From contig JBFGJY010000002.1 of the NCBI GenBank assembly GCA_041576975.1, forward strand, positions 32,187 to 96,186: a DNA stretch of 64,000 bases. Direction: 5' to 3'. The translations under genes were made by a program, and so were the position numbers. Every line of letters begins with the position of its first letter. Position 1 is the stretch's first letter. This DNA comes from Gammaproteobacteria bacterium (GTDB lineage Bacteria > Pseudomonadota > Gammaproteobacteria > UBA4575). The notes beneath the pieces were generated by a model, which did not search any database, was not told the origin of the DNA, and worked only from the letters and a program-made list of their open reading frames with translations. Positions 48,062 to 57,194 of the stretch are shown one piece after another.

Positions 48062-49573
48062 CTAGCTCAGTAAACGATCGTAGTGTCGATAACTTATCGC
48101 TTCACTAAGATGTTTAATTTGGATCGTTTCTGAATGTTCTAAATCTGCGATAGTGCGCGCAAGTTTAAGGGTTCGATGATAGCCACGTGCGGATAGGCCA
48201 AGTTGCTCATAGGCGCTATCCATTAGTTTTTCACTCTCGTGATTGAGTAAACAAAATTGTTCAATTTCTTTATTGCTCATAAATGCGTTAGGTTTTTGCT
48301 GTCGATCTAGTTGACGCCGTCGAGCTTCACATACGCGCTGTTGCACATCATTACTTGTTTCAGTCTCGCTTGTCACTTGTTGACGTAACTGCTCTTTGGG
48401 CACACGTGGTACATCAATATGAATATCGATTCGATCTAATAATGGTGCAGAGATCCGCGTGCGATAACGTCTTATTTGTTCGGGTGTACAGGCGCAATTG
48501 CCATTGACATCGATATCGCAACCTTGCGGACAAGGATTCATTGCAGCAATGAGTTGAAAGCGCGCGGGGAATTGTACTTGCCGAGCCGCACGTGAAATTG
48601 CGATATGACCCGTTTCTAAAGGCTCGCGCAGTACTTCTAACACGCGACGGTCAAACTCCGTTAGTTCATCTAAAAATAACACTCCGTGATGCGCTAGTGA
48701 AATTTCGCCTGGCATCGGATACGAGCCACCCCCGACTAAGGCCACACCCGAAGCCGTATGATGCGGAGCACGAAATGGGCGAATACCCCATTGTTGATGA
48801 TCAAAGCCGCCATGGCTGATCGAATAGATCGTAGCAGATTCAATCGCTTCTTGTTCGCTGAGGGCTGGTAGTATGCTGGGCAGTCGGCTTGCGAGCATGG
48901 TTTTACCACTCCCAGGTGAACCTACCATTAGCATATTATGTCCGCCGGCGGCAGCAACCTCTAAAGCGCGTTTGCCACGACGCTGACCGCGCACATCGCT
49001 AAGGTCAAACATGTTAACGCAGTGATTAACTTCGATGGCATCGTTATAAGGTGCAATGGATTCTTGACCTGACAGATGTGTACAGATTTCTAATAGACTA
49101 TTCGATGCCAGTACCGTTGTTTGCTTGGCTAACAAGGCTTCACCACCATTATTGATGGGCACAACAATCGTGCGAGTATTCCTACCACTTGCTACCGCAG
49201 TGGGTAATACACCATGCACACTGCGTATTTGTCCGCTTAAACTAAGTTCACCAATGAATTCAAACTCATGCAGATGTTCTTGTGGTACTTGATTGGAGGC
49301 TGCCAAAATTCCTAGTGCAATTGGCAGATCAAATCTTCCACCTTCTTTAGGCAGATCAGCAGGAGCAAGATTTATTGTGATGCGACGTGTTGGAAATTGA
49401 TAGCCGGAATTTAGTAGAGCTGCGCGTACACGATCTTTACTTTCTTTTACCGCTGTTTCTGGTAGTCCAACAATCGATAAACCAGGTAAGCCATTCGAGA
49501 GATGCACTTCTACAGTAACTAAGGGTGCATCCATGCCTGTTTGTGCACGGGAAAAGACAGTAGCCAGATTCAT
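48062..49573 (-). CDS. comM: YifB/ComM-family Mg-chelatase-like AAA+ ATPase
   Basis: 503 aa. Lon-like N-terminal domain, Walker A GSPGSGKT and a ChlI-type C-terminal domain. Confidence 0.88.
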   Translation of the reverse strand: MNLATVFSRAQTGMDAPLVTVEVHLSNGLPGLSIVGLPETAVKESKDRVRAALLNSGYQFPTRRITINLAPADLPKEGGRFDLPIALGILAASNQVPQEHLHEFEFIGELSLSGQIRSVHGVLPTAVASGRNTRTIVVPINNGGEALLAKQTTVLASNSLLEICTHLSGQESIAPYNDAIEVNHCVNMFDLSDVRGQRRGKRALEVAAAGGHNMLMVGSPGSGKTMLASRLPSILPALSEQEAIESATIYSISHGGFDHQQWGIRPFRAPHHTASGVALVGGGSYPMPGEISLAHHGVLFLDELTEFDRRVLEVLREPLETGHIAISRAARQVQFPARFQLIAAMNPCPQGCDIDVNGNCACTPEQIRRYRTRISAPLLDRIDIHIDVPRVPKEQLRQQVTSETETSNDVQQRVCEARRRQLDRQQKPNAFMSNKEIEQFCLLNHESEKLMDSAYEQLGLSARGYHRTLKLARTIADLEHSETIQIKHLSEAISYRHYDRLLS

Positions 49574-49600
49574 GCAAACTTTATAGGACTTAATTAATTG

Positions 49601-49855
49601 TTATTTATTTAATATTTTTTGTTCAAGTTCTTGTATACGTTGTTCTAGTTTCTTCACCCGTTGTTGGCTTTCCGATAACATTTTAGCCTGCACATCAAAT
49701 TCTTCGCGAGTGACGAGATCAAGGCGCTGAAACACCCCTTCTGCAGCTACACGAACATTTTTTTCGAGATTTTGCTTGGCTGTTTTTAAATCATCGGGTA
49801 TTGCGGCACTAATTTTACGCACAATTTCATCAAGAGCTTGAGTATCAATTTTCAT
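49601..49855 (-). CDS. ubiK: UbiK/YqiC (BMFP) accessory factor
   Basis: About 85 aa coiled-coil protein. The likely start is MKIDTQ (49855) rather than the ORF-track start at 49870. Confidence 0.6.
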   Translation of the reverse strand: MKIDTQALDEIVRKISAAIPDDLKTAKQNLEKNVRVAAEGVFQRLDLVTREEFDVQAKMLSESQQRVKKLEQRIQELEQKILNK

Positions 49856-50024
49856 GTCATGGCACTCCATTGATTCTGAGTTCTAGTGTAACTGAATCGT
49901 TACAGATCACAGCGCACCAACTAAGCGCAGATACGGTTTAAATGAGTGCATTATTTTAGTGCAGGGAGCAATAGCGCCTCTGAAATATCTATAACACATT
50001 GTTTTTTTTATGACATAAAAGTAT

Positions 50025-50040
50025 TGGCATGCCCTGTGCA
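50025..50040 (+). promoter_or_regulatory. Sigma-54 (RpoN) promoter, -24/-12 element
   Basis: TGGCATGCCCTGTGCA compared with the consensus TGGCACG-N4-TTGCA. GG and GC are at the canonical 10-nt spacing. Lies about 50 nt upstream of the beta-barrel-glnK-amtB unit. Confidence 0.6.
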
Positions 50041-50109
50041 TTAATACAGTTTAAATATAAACAACGCGATTAATCAAGGGTGTATGTAATGAATAAGAAA
50101 CTATAGCAC

Positions 50110-50847
50110 TTGGCACTGATAATCATATTAATAGGCAGTAGTGCAGTGTTTACACAACAGGCATCAGCCTATGAGGCGACGCTTTCCGGCAATGCGGGAA
50201 TATTATCTGAATATGTTTTTAGAGGTATTACACAGGATACTGCTTCGGGTAATGGCGGTCTTGATTTAGAAGTCGGTGGCTTTTATTTGGGCAGCTGGGT
50301 TGCCGAAGTTGATACGGGTGTCGAATATGACGTCTATGCAGGTTATGTGCATGAATTTGCCAATGGATTTTACTTGGGTGCCGGTGCGACCACCTATCAA
50401 TTTTCAGATAGCTTTGCCAATGAATTCAACGAGGGCAACCTCTATGCGGGCTGGTCTAATGATATTTGGTCACTAGATTTGGAGTACACCATGGGTGACT
50501 ACAACGGAAAATTTCTGAGTGACACCCCAGATGGTATGGGGGGTTTCTTACCCGAGGGTGATGACTATACCTACTTTGCCGCTACTGGAGGTTGGAACGG
50601 TGTGTATCTAACCTATGGTGAATTCGGCGACGATGCTAAGGATGCGTTTGGTTGGCATGTTGAAGGTGGTTACACGTTCGAAGTTGGTGGATTTGAAATC
50701 ACAGGTGCCATATTACATACGGATTTAGATGATGATCCCCAAGTTTTACTGAGTGATGGTGGTTCAATATCTGATAATGATGAGACAACGGCTTATGTAA
50801 GCATTCACACCAGCTTCGACATCATGAAATGGGGAAGTGGTGGTTAA
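50110..50847 (+). CDS. Gcw_chp/TIGR02001-like outer-membrane beta-barrel protein
   Basis: Alternating aromatic/Gly beta-strand pattern with a C-terminal aromatic residue. The ATG at 50089, which has an AAGGG ribosome-binding site, is in frame but is followed by TAG at 50104-50106. The ORF as called starts at TTG 50110. Confidence 0.6.
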   Translation: MALIIILIGSSAVFTQQASAYEATLSGNAGILSEYVFRGITQDTASGNGGLDLEVGGFYLGSWVAEVDTGVEYDVYAGYVHEFANGFYLGAGATTYQFSDSFANEFNEGNLYAGWSNDIWSLDLEYTMGDYNGKFLSDTPDGMGGFLPEGDDYTYFAATGGWNGVYLTYGEFGDDAKDAFGWHVEGGYTFEVGGFEITGAILHTDLDDDPQVLLSDGGSISDNDETTAYVSIHTSFDIMKWGSGG

Positions 50848-50947
50848 TACCTAAAGCAAAAAACCATGCCAATTTATGTGGCACGGTCATTTCGCAACAT
50901 TAAATAAAATATGAGTTTAGAAAAATCAAACAGTTCTAATTTCATAA

Positions 50948-51328
<381 letters not shown>

Positions 51329-51360
51329 TAATAAATAAATTCCTTTAGGAGGGTAATAAA

Positions 51361-52608
51361 GTGGAATCGCAAGTTACAGAACTCGCCTACGCAGTTGATA
51401 CGTTTTACTTCTTAGTGATGGGCGCATTCGTCATGTGGATGGCTGCGGGATTTTCCATGCTAGAAGCTGGTTTAGTACGTTCAAAGAGTACAGTGGAAAT
51501 TTTAACCAAGAATATCGCTTTGTATTCTGTCGCCAGCATTATGTATATGCTTGTCGGTTACAACATCATGTATCCCGGTGTTGGCGTTAGTGCGTTTTGG
51601 CCAGGCATAAGTTTCTTTTTGGGAGGCGACAACACCGCTGAGGGTGTAATTGCCAGTGGTGGTGACACCTATTATTCGAATCTTTCAGATTTCTTTTTTC
51701 AGGTTGTATTCGTAGCTACTGCGATGTCCATTGTTTCTGGCGCAGTGGCTGAACGCATGAAATTGTGGTCATTCTTGCTGTTTGCAGTCGTAATGTGTGG
51801 CTTCATTTATCCCATGCAGGGCTATTGGAAATGGGGTGGTGGATTTTTGGATCAAAATGGATTCTTAGATTTCGCTGGGTCCGGGGTTGTGCACTTAACT
51901 GGTGCTTGCGCGGCAATTGCTGGAGTAATTTTACTTGGAGCACGCAAAGGGAAATATACGTCGGATGGAAAAGTGGTCGCAATTCCCGGAGCCAATTTAC
52001 CTTTGGCGACCTTGGGCACCTTCATTCTATGGTTAGGGTGGTTTGGCTTTAATGGTGGTTCCGAACTAAAAGTCTCCGATGTGGGAGAGGCCAATGCCGT
52101 GGCCATGATATTCGTCAATACCAATGCTGCAGCTGCAGGTGGTGTGATTGCAGCATTGATCGCCGCGCGTCTGGCATTCGGCAAAGCTGATTTGTCTATG
52201 GCATTAAATGGTGCAATCGCAGGCTTAGTGGCGATCACTGCTGAACCGCTTACCCCAACTCCAGGGTGGGCAACCATGATTGGTGCAGTCGGTGGTGTGC
52301 TGGTTGTATTTAGTGTTGTGTTGTTAGACAAGATGAAGATTGACGACCCAGTCGGTGCGATCTCTGCACATGGTACCGTCGGCATTTGGGGTCTTCTTGC
52401 CGTTTGCATCACAAATGAAGAAGCAGCCCTCACTGCACAATTACTTGGGATTGTAGTGATCTTTATGTGGGTGTTTGTGGTCAGTTTAATCGCCTGGGGA
52501 ATTATTAAAGTCATTATGGGAATCCGTATTAGTGAAGAAGATGAAGAATTGGGTGCGGATTATTCCGAGTGTGGCATGGAGGCTTATCCAGAGTTTGTGA
52601 TTAAGTAG
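51361..52608 (+). CDS. amtB: Ammonium transporter AmtB
   Basis: 415 aa, 11 TM, Amt family. GTG start after an AGGAGG ribosome-binding site. Confidence 0.9.
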   Translation: MESQVTELAYAVDTFYFLVMGAFVMWMAAGFSMLEAGLVRSKSTVEILTKNIALYSVASIMYMLVGYNIMYPGVGVSAFWPGISFFLGGDNTAEGVIASGGDTYYSNLSDFFFQVVFVATAMSIVSGAVAERMKLWSFLLFAVVMCGFIYPMQGYWKWGGGFLDQNGFLDFAGSGVVHLTGACAAIAGVILLGARKGKYTSDGKVVAIPGANLPLATLGTFILWLGWFGFNGGSELKVSDVGEANAVAMIFVNTNAAAAGGVIAALIAARLAFGKADLSMALNGAIAGLVAITAEPLTPTPGWATMIGAVGGVLVVFSVVLLDKMKIDDPVGAISAHGTVGIWGLLAVCITNEEAALTAQLLGIVVIFMWVFVVSLIAWGIIKVIMGIRISEEDEELGADYSECGMEAYPEFVIK

Positions 52609-52687
52609 ATATTCCTCCTCAACTCAATTTTGAGCATGCACGCGAATGCAAGTTTAAAATAAGGGTTATATACTTAACACAGTGCTT

Positions 52688-52718
52688 GAGCGCCTTCTTT
52701 GTGGAGGCGCTTTTTTTA
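52688..52718. terminator. Rho-independent terminator after amtB (shared with the convergent speE)
   Basis: agcgcc-ttctttgtgg-aggcgct hairpin followed by TTTTTTT. Confidence 0.65.
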
Positions 52719-52723
52719 TGCAA

Positions 52724-53569
52724 CTATTTTATAAATTGTGGTGTTGCAAAACTGGCCAGATGCATAGCATGGTTGTAATAACGTGTAGCAAACGTTAGTG
52801 GTTTAGCATCCTTTGCACGTGTAAATGATATTTGATTATCTTTACTAGCTATTGTTGCTGACCACCAACCCGTCGGATAACTTGGTTGCGGGAAAAAGAT
52901 GAGCTTAGCGCTTATAAACCCAGCCTCTCGCATACTTGCCTGCATAGGTTTTATGATACGGTCAAAGTGAACTAATGGAGATTCACTTTGCTGAACAAGT
53001 AAGCCATTCGACTTTAGTGCACGTAAACAGTTTTGATAAAAAGGTGTCGAAAATAAACCTTTGGCTGGACCAATTGGGTCTGTGCTATCTACAATAATGA
53101 CGTCAATTGAATCATTTTCAGCTTTGCACATCCACTCTATTGCATCTTCAAAAACCAATTCGACGCGCGGGTCATCATTGGCCTCACATAAAACTGGAAA
53201 ATATTTCTCTGCAAGCTTAGTTACACGCTCATCAATTTCTACCTGAGTAATTTTTTGCAAACATGTATGCTTCGCAACTTCACGGAGTGTGCCGCAGTCG
53301 CCGCCTCCTACAATGATTACATTGGAGGGGTTAGCATGGCTGAATAAGGCGGGGTGTGCCATCATTTCATGGTATATAAAGTTATCACGTTCCGTTAACA
53401 TCACAAATCCATCAATTACCATTAAGTTACCAAAGCCTTTAGTTGAGTAGATCTCTATTTTCTGAAAAAAGGTTTGTTCTTCGTGAAGTTTTTCGTAAAT
53501 TTCCATTGAGAATGCAGTTCCACATTCTGTACATTCTTCAGTAAACCATTTTTTATTTGTATTCAGCAT
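52724..53569 (-). CDS. speE: Spermidine synthase
   Basis: 281 aa. VIVGGGDCG motif and Asp-rich active-site region. Confidence 0.88.
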   Translation of the reverse strand: MLNTNKKWFTEECTECGTAFSMEIYEKLHEEQTFFQKIEIYSTKGFGNLMVIDGFVMLTERDNFIYHEMMAHPALFSHANPSNVIIVGGGDCGTLREVAKHTCLQKITQVEIDERVTKLAEKYFPVLCEANDDPRVELVFEDAIEWMCKAENDSIDVIIVDSTDPIGPAKGLFSTPFYQNCLRALKSNGLLVQQSESPLVHFDRIIKPMQASMREAGFISAKLIFFPQPSYPTGWWSATIASKDNQISFTRAKDAKPLTFATRYYNHAMHLASFATPQFIK

Positions 53570-53648
53570 TTCAATTCCTGTTAAATTGTCGATTCCATTG
53601 TGCGCCTGATAATTATTGTAAGTAAAAAAAGATTAAGAGAATAAGATT

Positions 53649-55562
53649 ATGAGTGCTCATAAGTCATGGAATATTGAATCAGCCAAATTGCATTATCGTA
53701 TCGCCAATTGGGGTATGGGTCTTTTTGATATCAATACTATGGGGCATATCACCGTAAAGGCAGGATTTGCCCAATTAGATTTATATGAGTTGTGGAAGCA
53801 GCTAAGGGGGCAAGGTATTGGATTGCCAGTATTAGTACGCTTTCCACATATTCTGCAACAGCTACTAAGTAATTTATACAACGCGTTTGAACAAGCAATT
53901 TTATCTTATAAATACGCAGGGGACTATATTGCTGCCTATCCTATAAAAGTTAATCAGCAAGCCTCTGTAATTCGACATTTTCATAATCAAACTCAATGGC
54001 CCATTGCATTTGAGGTTGGTAGTAAGGCCGAACTTATAGGCTGTCTCGGAATAGTACAAAAACAAAATCAAATCATAATTTGTAATGGTTATAAAGATGA
54101 AGCATATATTCGCTTGGCTTTTATTGGTGGTTTGTTGGGCCATGAAGTAGTTATTGTTTTAGAGAGCTTAGTTGAATTTCAACATGTCTTAAAGCTATCT
54201 GCTGAGCTCAATATTAACCCAACTCTTGGAATGCGTGTTCGCTTATCATCTATTGCGGATGGTAACTGGCAAAATACAGGTGGGAAGCGTTCAAAATTTG
54301 GATTGACCTCAGCTGAAGTATTACGACTACTCAAAGAGTTAAAAGACAATAATGCGATTGAATGGATGCGCATGCTACATTTTCATATGGGCTCACAAAT
54401 CCCTTCCTTGCAACATATTCGTGCCGGAGTTCAGGAAGGCATGCGATATTTCACAGAACTTACTAAGCTTGGGATTAAATTTTCTAAACTAAATATTGGT
54501 GGGGGTTTGGCAGTTGATTACGAAGGCAGCTACTCAAATTCATATTTCTCAATGAACTATTCAATTAATGATTACGCGAATACAATTATTAACGTTGTAA
54601 ATTCTATATGCCAAGAAAAAGGAATCCAGGCACCAACTATTTTGAGTGAAAATGGGCGTGCAATGACTGCTTATCATGCGGTTTTATTAACTAATGTAAT
54701 TGATGCTGAATACCAACAAGAAAATGCATTTATTAATGATACATGCACATCTCAAAATCGGAATTTTACTAATCCAAACTTAAAGTTGCTTGTTGATTTA
54801 AAGGCCCATATTGCGTTAGATACTCAGGATATAGAAAGTTATCTGGGCTGTTCGAAAAGTTATGACAAGTTGATAAAAATTATGCAAGAGATAGAAGAAA
54901 ATTTTTCTAGTGGTACCATTTCACTGGCTGATAAAGCGCATGCAGAAAAACTAACCAATATGATTTATAGGCAGCTGTTAAAATTTCACGACTATCTACC
55001 AGAGGAGTACCAACGCGAGCTTGAGGAGAAGTTTATAGATAAATATTTCTGTAATTTTTCATTATTTCAATCGACTCCAGATGTTTGGGGGTTGAATCAA
55101 ATTTTTCCAATTTTACCGTTGCATCGTTTAAAAGAAGACCCGCAGCGAAAGGTGCGGCTACATGACCTAACCTGCGACTCGGATGGGCGGATAGATACCT
55201 ATGTAGAAAATGGCTCTATTAAATCTTATCTGTCTTTACATGAATTTCGCCCCGATCAAGATTATATTTTAGGCCTGTTTCTAGTAGGGGCTTATCAAGA
55301 GATACTTGGTGATTTACATAACCTCTTTGGGGATACTCATGCGGTTAATATAGAGCTGAATTCCGATGGAGGCTATAAAATACGTGAGGAAGAGCCTGGC
55401 GATACCATCGAGGAAATACTATCTTATGTACACATTGATACCACTAACATGCGTCATATCTGGTTGGAAAGGCTTACTCAAATGAAAGCATCTGCTAGAA
55501 CTAAAAAGTTTGTGTTACAAGAACTGGAAGCTTCCTTGCAAGCAAACAGCTATTTAAACTAA
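53649..55562 (+). CDS. speA: Biosynthetic arginine decarboxylase
   Basis: 637 aa with SpeA-family architecture (PLP-dependent Orn/Arg decarboxylase fold and a C-terminal domain). Confidence 0.9.
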   Translation: MSAHKSWNIESAKLHYRIANWGMGLFDINTMGHITVKAGFAQLDLYELWKQLRGQGIGLPVLVRFPHILQQLLSNLYNAFEQAILSYKYAGDYIAAYPIKVNQQASVIRHFHNQTQWPIAFEVGSKAELIGCLGIVQKQNQIIICNGYKDEAYIRLAFIGGLLGHEVVIVLESLVEFQHVLKLSAELNINPTLGMRVRLSSIADGNWQNTGGKRSKFGLTSAEVLRLLKELKDNNAIEWMRMLHFHMGSQIPSLQHIRAGVQEGMRYFTELTKLGIKFSKLNIGGGLAVDYEGSYSNSYFSMNYSINDYANTIINVVNSICQEKGIQAPTILSENGRAMTAYHAVLLTNVIDAEYQQENAFINDTCTSQNRNFTNPNLKLLVDLKAHIALDTQDIESYLGCSKSYDKLIKIMQEIEENFSSGTISLADKAHAEKLTNMIYRQLLKFHDYLPEEYQRELEEKFIDKYFCNFSLFQSTPDVWGLNQIFPILPLHRLKEDPQRKVRLHDLTCDSDGRIDTYVENGSIKSYLSLHEFRPDQDYILGLFLVGAYQEILGDLHNLFGDTHAVNIELNSDGGYKIREEEPGDTIEEILSYVHIDTTNMRHIWLERLTQMKASARTKKFVLQELEASLQANSYLN

Positions 55563-55594
55563 TTTACACTTCAAGAATCCCAGAATCGATAAAA

Positions 55595-56452
55595 ATGCTA
55601 GCCCAAATTGTTTTAATACTTGCACTATTATTAATTTTAGTTGGCATGATCATGGTGTTGTTAGATGCCTTTTCGGAGAGTTTTATTTGGGGTTTATTGG
55701 TTTTATTGCTGGTGCCGATTTTTGGCCCAATATATTCTTTTGTTAAGTGGCATAAAGACCAAGCGCGCAATGGTTTTGCGATGAGTTTAGTAGGTGTCGT
55801 GTTGGTAGTTGCTGGTATCTATGGTGGTGGTGTACATAGTATACCTGGCTTAGGTAATCAAGAAATTGTAAAAAACCTGCCTAGCGCATTGCCACCCGCT
55901 GAACCGTTATCCAATGAAGAAGCTGCTGCAAAGATTGAAATAGAAGATGATGGTGAGTATGACCCTATTCTAAGTACTAACAAAGATAGATATTCGACTA
56001 AAGAAATTGAACCCTTAGCTCCAAAAGAAGATAAAACTGTAAAACACGCTGTTCGCACGAAGGTCCGCAAAATTCCATTGAGTATTGAAGATGTAGATTT
56101 ATCTATTGGTTCTAATGTTGAAGTTGTATTTGTAGATGGTGCAACAAAACGTGGGCGGTTAATTGCTAGCGCAGAGGATTCGATTTCGTTAGAGGAACAA
56201 AAAAGTGGAGGTATGGTTTCATTCGAACATAAATTTGAAAAAATAAAATCAATTGTATTACTAATCGACCCCAGTGCAGCCCCACCGCCACCAGTAGTTA
56301 AAAAACAAGATCCGGTGTCAAAGCCAGGCGCAAGTGTTGAAACTACTGTATCCAAAGAACTGGTTACACCCGAGCACGAGACTAGCCTTACTCCTCCGAC
56401 ACTTGAACAACAAGCACCGAATAAGCCTCGTTCTGAAACAAATTCTTATTAG
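55595..56452 (+). CDS. Hypothetical membrane protein (285 aa): 3 N-terminal TM, central beta-rich domain, Pro-rich C-terminus
   Basis: Starts 33 nt after the speA stop and is probably co-transcribed. No recognised family. Confidence 0.5.
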   Translation: MLAQIVLILALLLILVGMIMVLLDAFSESFIWGLLVLLLVPIFGPIYSFVKWHKDQARNGFAMSLVGVVLVVAGIYGGGVHSIPGLGNQEIVKNLPSALPPAEPLSNEEAAAKIEIEDDGEYDPILSTNKDRYSTKEIEPLAPKEDKTVKHAVRTKVRKIPLSIEDVDLSIGSNVEVVFVDGATKRGRLIASAEDSISLEEQKSGGMVSFEHKFEKIKSIVLLIDPSAAPPPPVVKKQDPVSKPGASVETTVSKELVTPEHETSLTPPTLEQQAPNKPRSETNSY

Positions 56453-56499
56453 TTAACATTGACTACATCCTAAGCTTCTATAGGTAATTTATAGAACAG

Positions 56500-56754
56500 G
56501 TGTTAGCAATGAAATGTTTTGTCTATAGAAGTTCAAAAAAAGTAGATACCTATATCTACTTAGATCAAAAGGATAACTTTGGGAAAATTCCAAATCAACT
56601 ATTAAAGCTTTTTGGTAAACCAAAGTTTGCATTAGAGTTTGATCTGACAGAAAATCGTAAACTTGCAATTGGGGATGCCAAACAAGTAATGGCCAAACTA
56701 AAAGAACAAGGCTATTTTTTACAAATGCCGCCAGAAAATAATTTGCCAGCCTAA
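56500..56754 (+). CDS. ycgL: YcgL-domain (DUF709) protein
   Basis: CFVYRSSKKVDTYIYLDQKDNF....QGYFLQMPP aligns with E. coli YcgL. The likely start is ATG at 56509. Confidence 0.8.
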   Translation: MLAMKCFVYRSSKKVDTYIYLDQKDNFGKIPNQLLKLFGKPKFALEFDLTENRKLAIGDAKQVMAKLKEQGYFLQMPPENNLPA

Positions 56755-56781
56755 GACTATTTTATTATTAATCATGGAACC

Positions 56782-57180
56782 ATGACGCAACGCTTCATAT
56801 TTCATATTATTCTTTGTATTTTCTTTGCCGCAATAGGTTGGTGGCTATTTTTACAATTAGGAAATAATGGAAATAAATTAATTACCTCTTTATCTGTAGC
56901 TAGTTACTGGTTTGTATTTTTAATTTTTGTATTTTTTAGCTGGATTTTCTACTGGTTTTTACATAAACGTTCAACTAAAGCATGGACTGTTGCGCAATTC
57001 ATTGCATTGTCAATTGCGATTGTCGCTACAGTCTCAATATTATTTATCTCTCATGAACATGAAAATCGACGTAAGGCAGAAGAGGAAGCTTTAATACAAA
57101 AACAGGAATCGAGTGGCTTGAAATCTGAAGATGATGATGAGGATTCATCAATATTAGAAGAAGATTTAGAGCCTCTGTAA
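56782..57180 (+). CDS. Hypothetical 4-TM membrane protein with an acidic C-terminal tail (132 aa)
   Basis: Hydrophobic core followed by EDDDEDSSILEEDLEPL. Confidence 0.5.
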   Translation: MTQRFIFHIILCIFFAAIGWWLFLQLGNNGNKLITSLSVASYWFVFLIFVFFSWIFYWFLHKRSTKAWTVAQFIALSIAIVATVSILFISHEHENRRKAEEEALIQKQESSGLKSEDDDEDSSILEEDLEPL

Positions 57181-57194
57181 TTAAATAGCAAACT

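Noticed and set aside
50900-50917. Second sigma-54-like motif TGGCACGGTCATTTCGCA upstream of glnK
   Set aside because: The GG-to-GC spacing is 2 nt longer than the strict -24/-12 spacing. Probably not functional, although an internal glnK promoter cannot be excluded.
51852-52514. 220-aa minus-strand ORF inside amtB, with similar antisense ORFs inside polA, the SLC13 permease gene, dctM and the 285-aa membrane-protein gene (55858-56355)
   Set aside because: All are antisense to strongly supported genes, are Ala/Pro/Ser-rich and have no start context.
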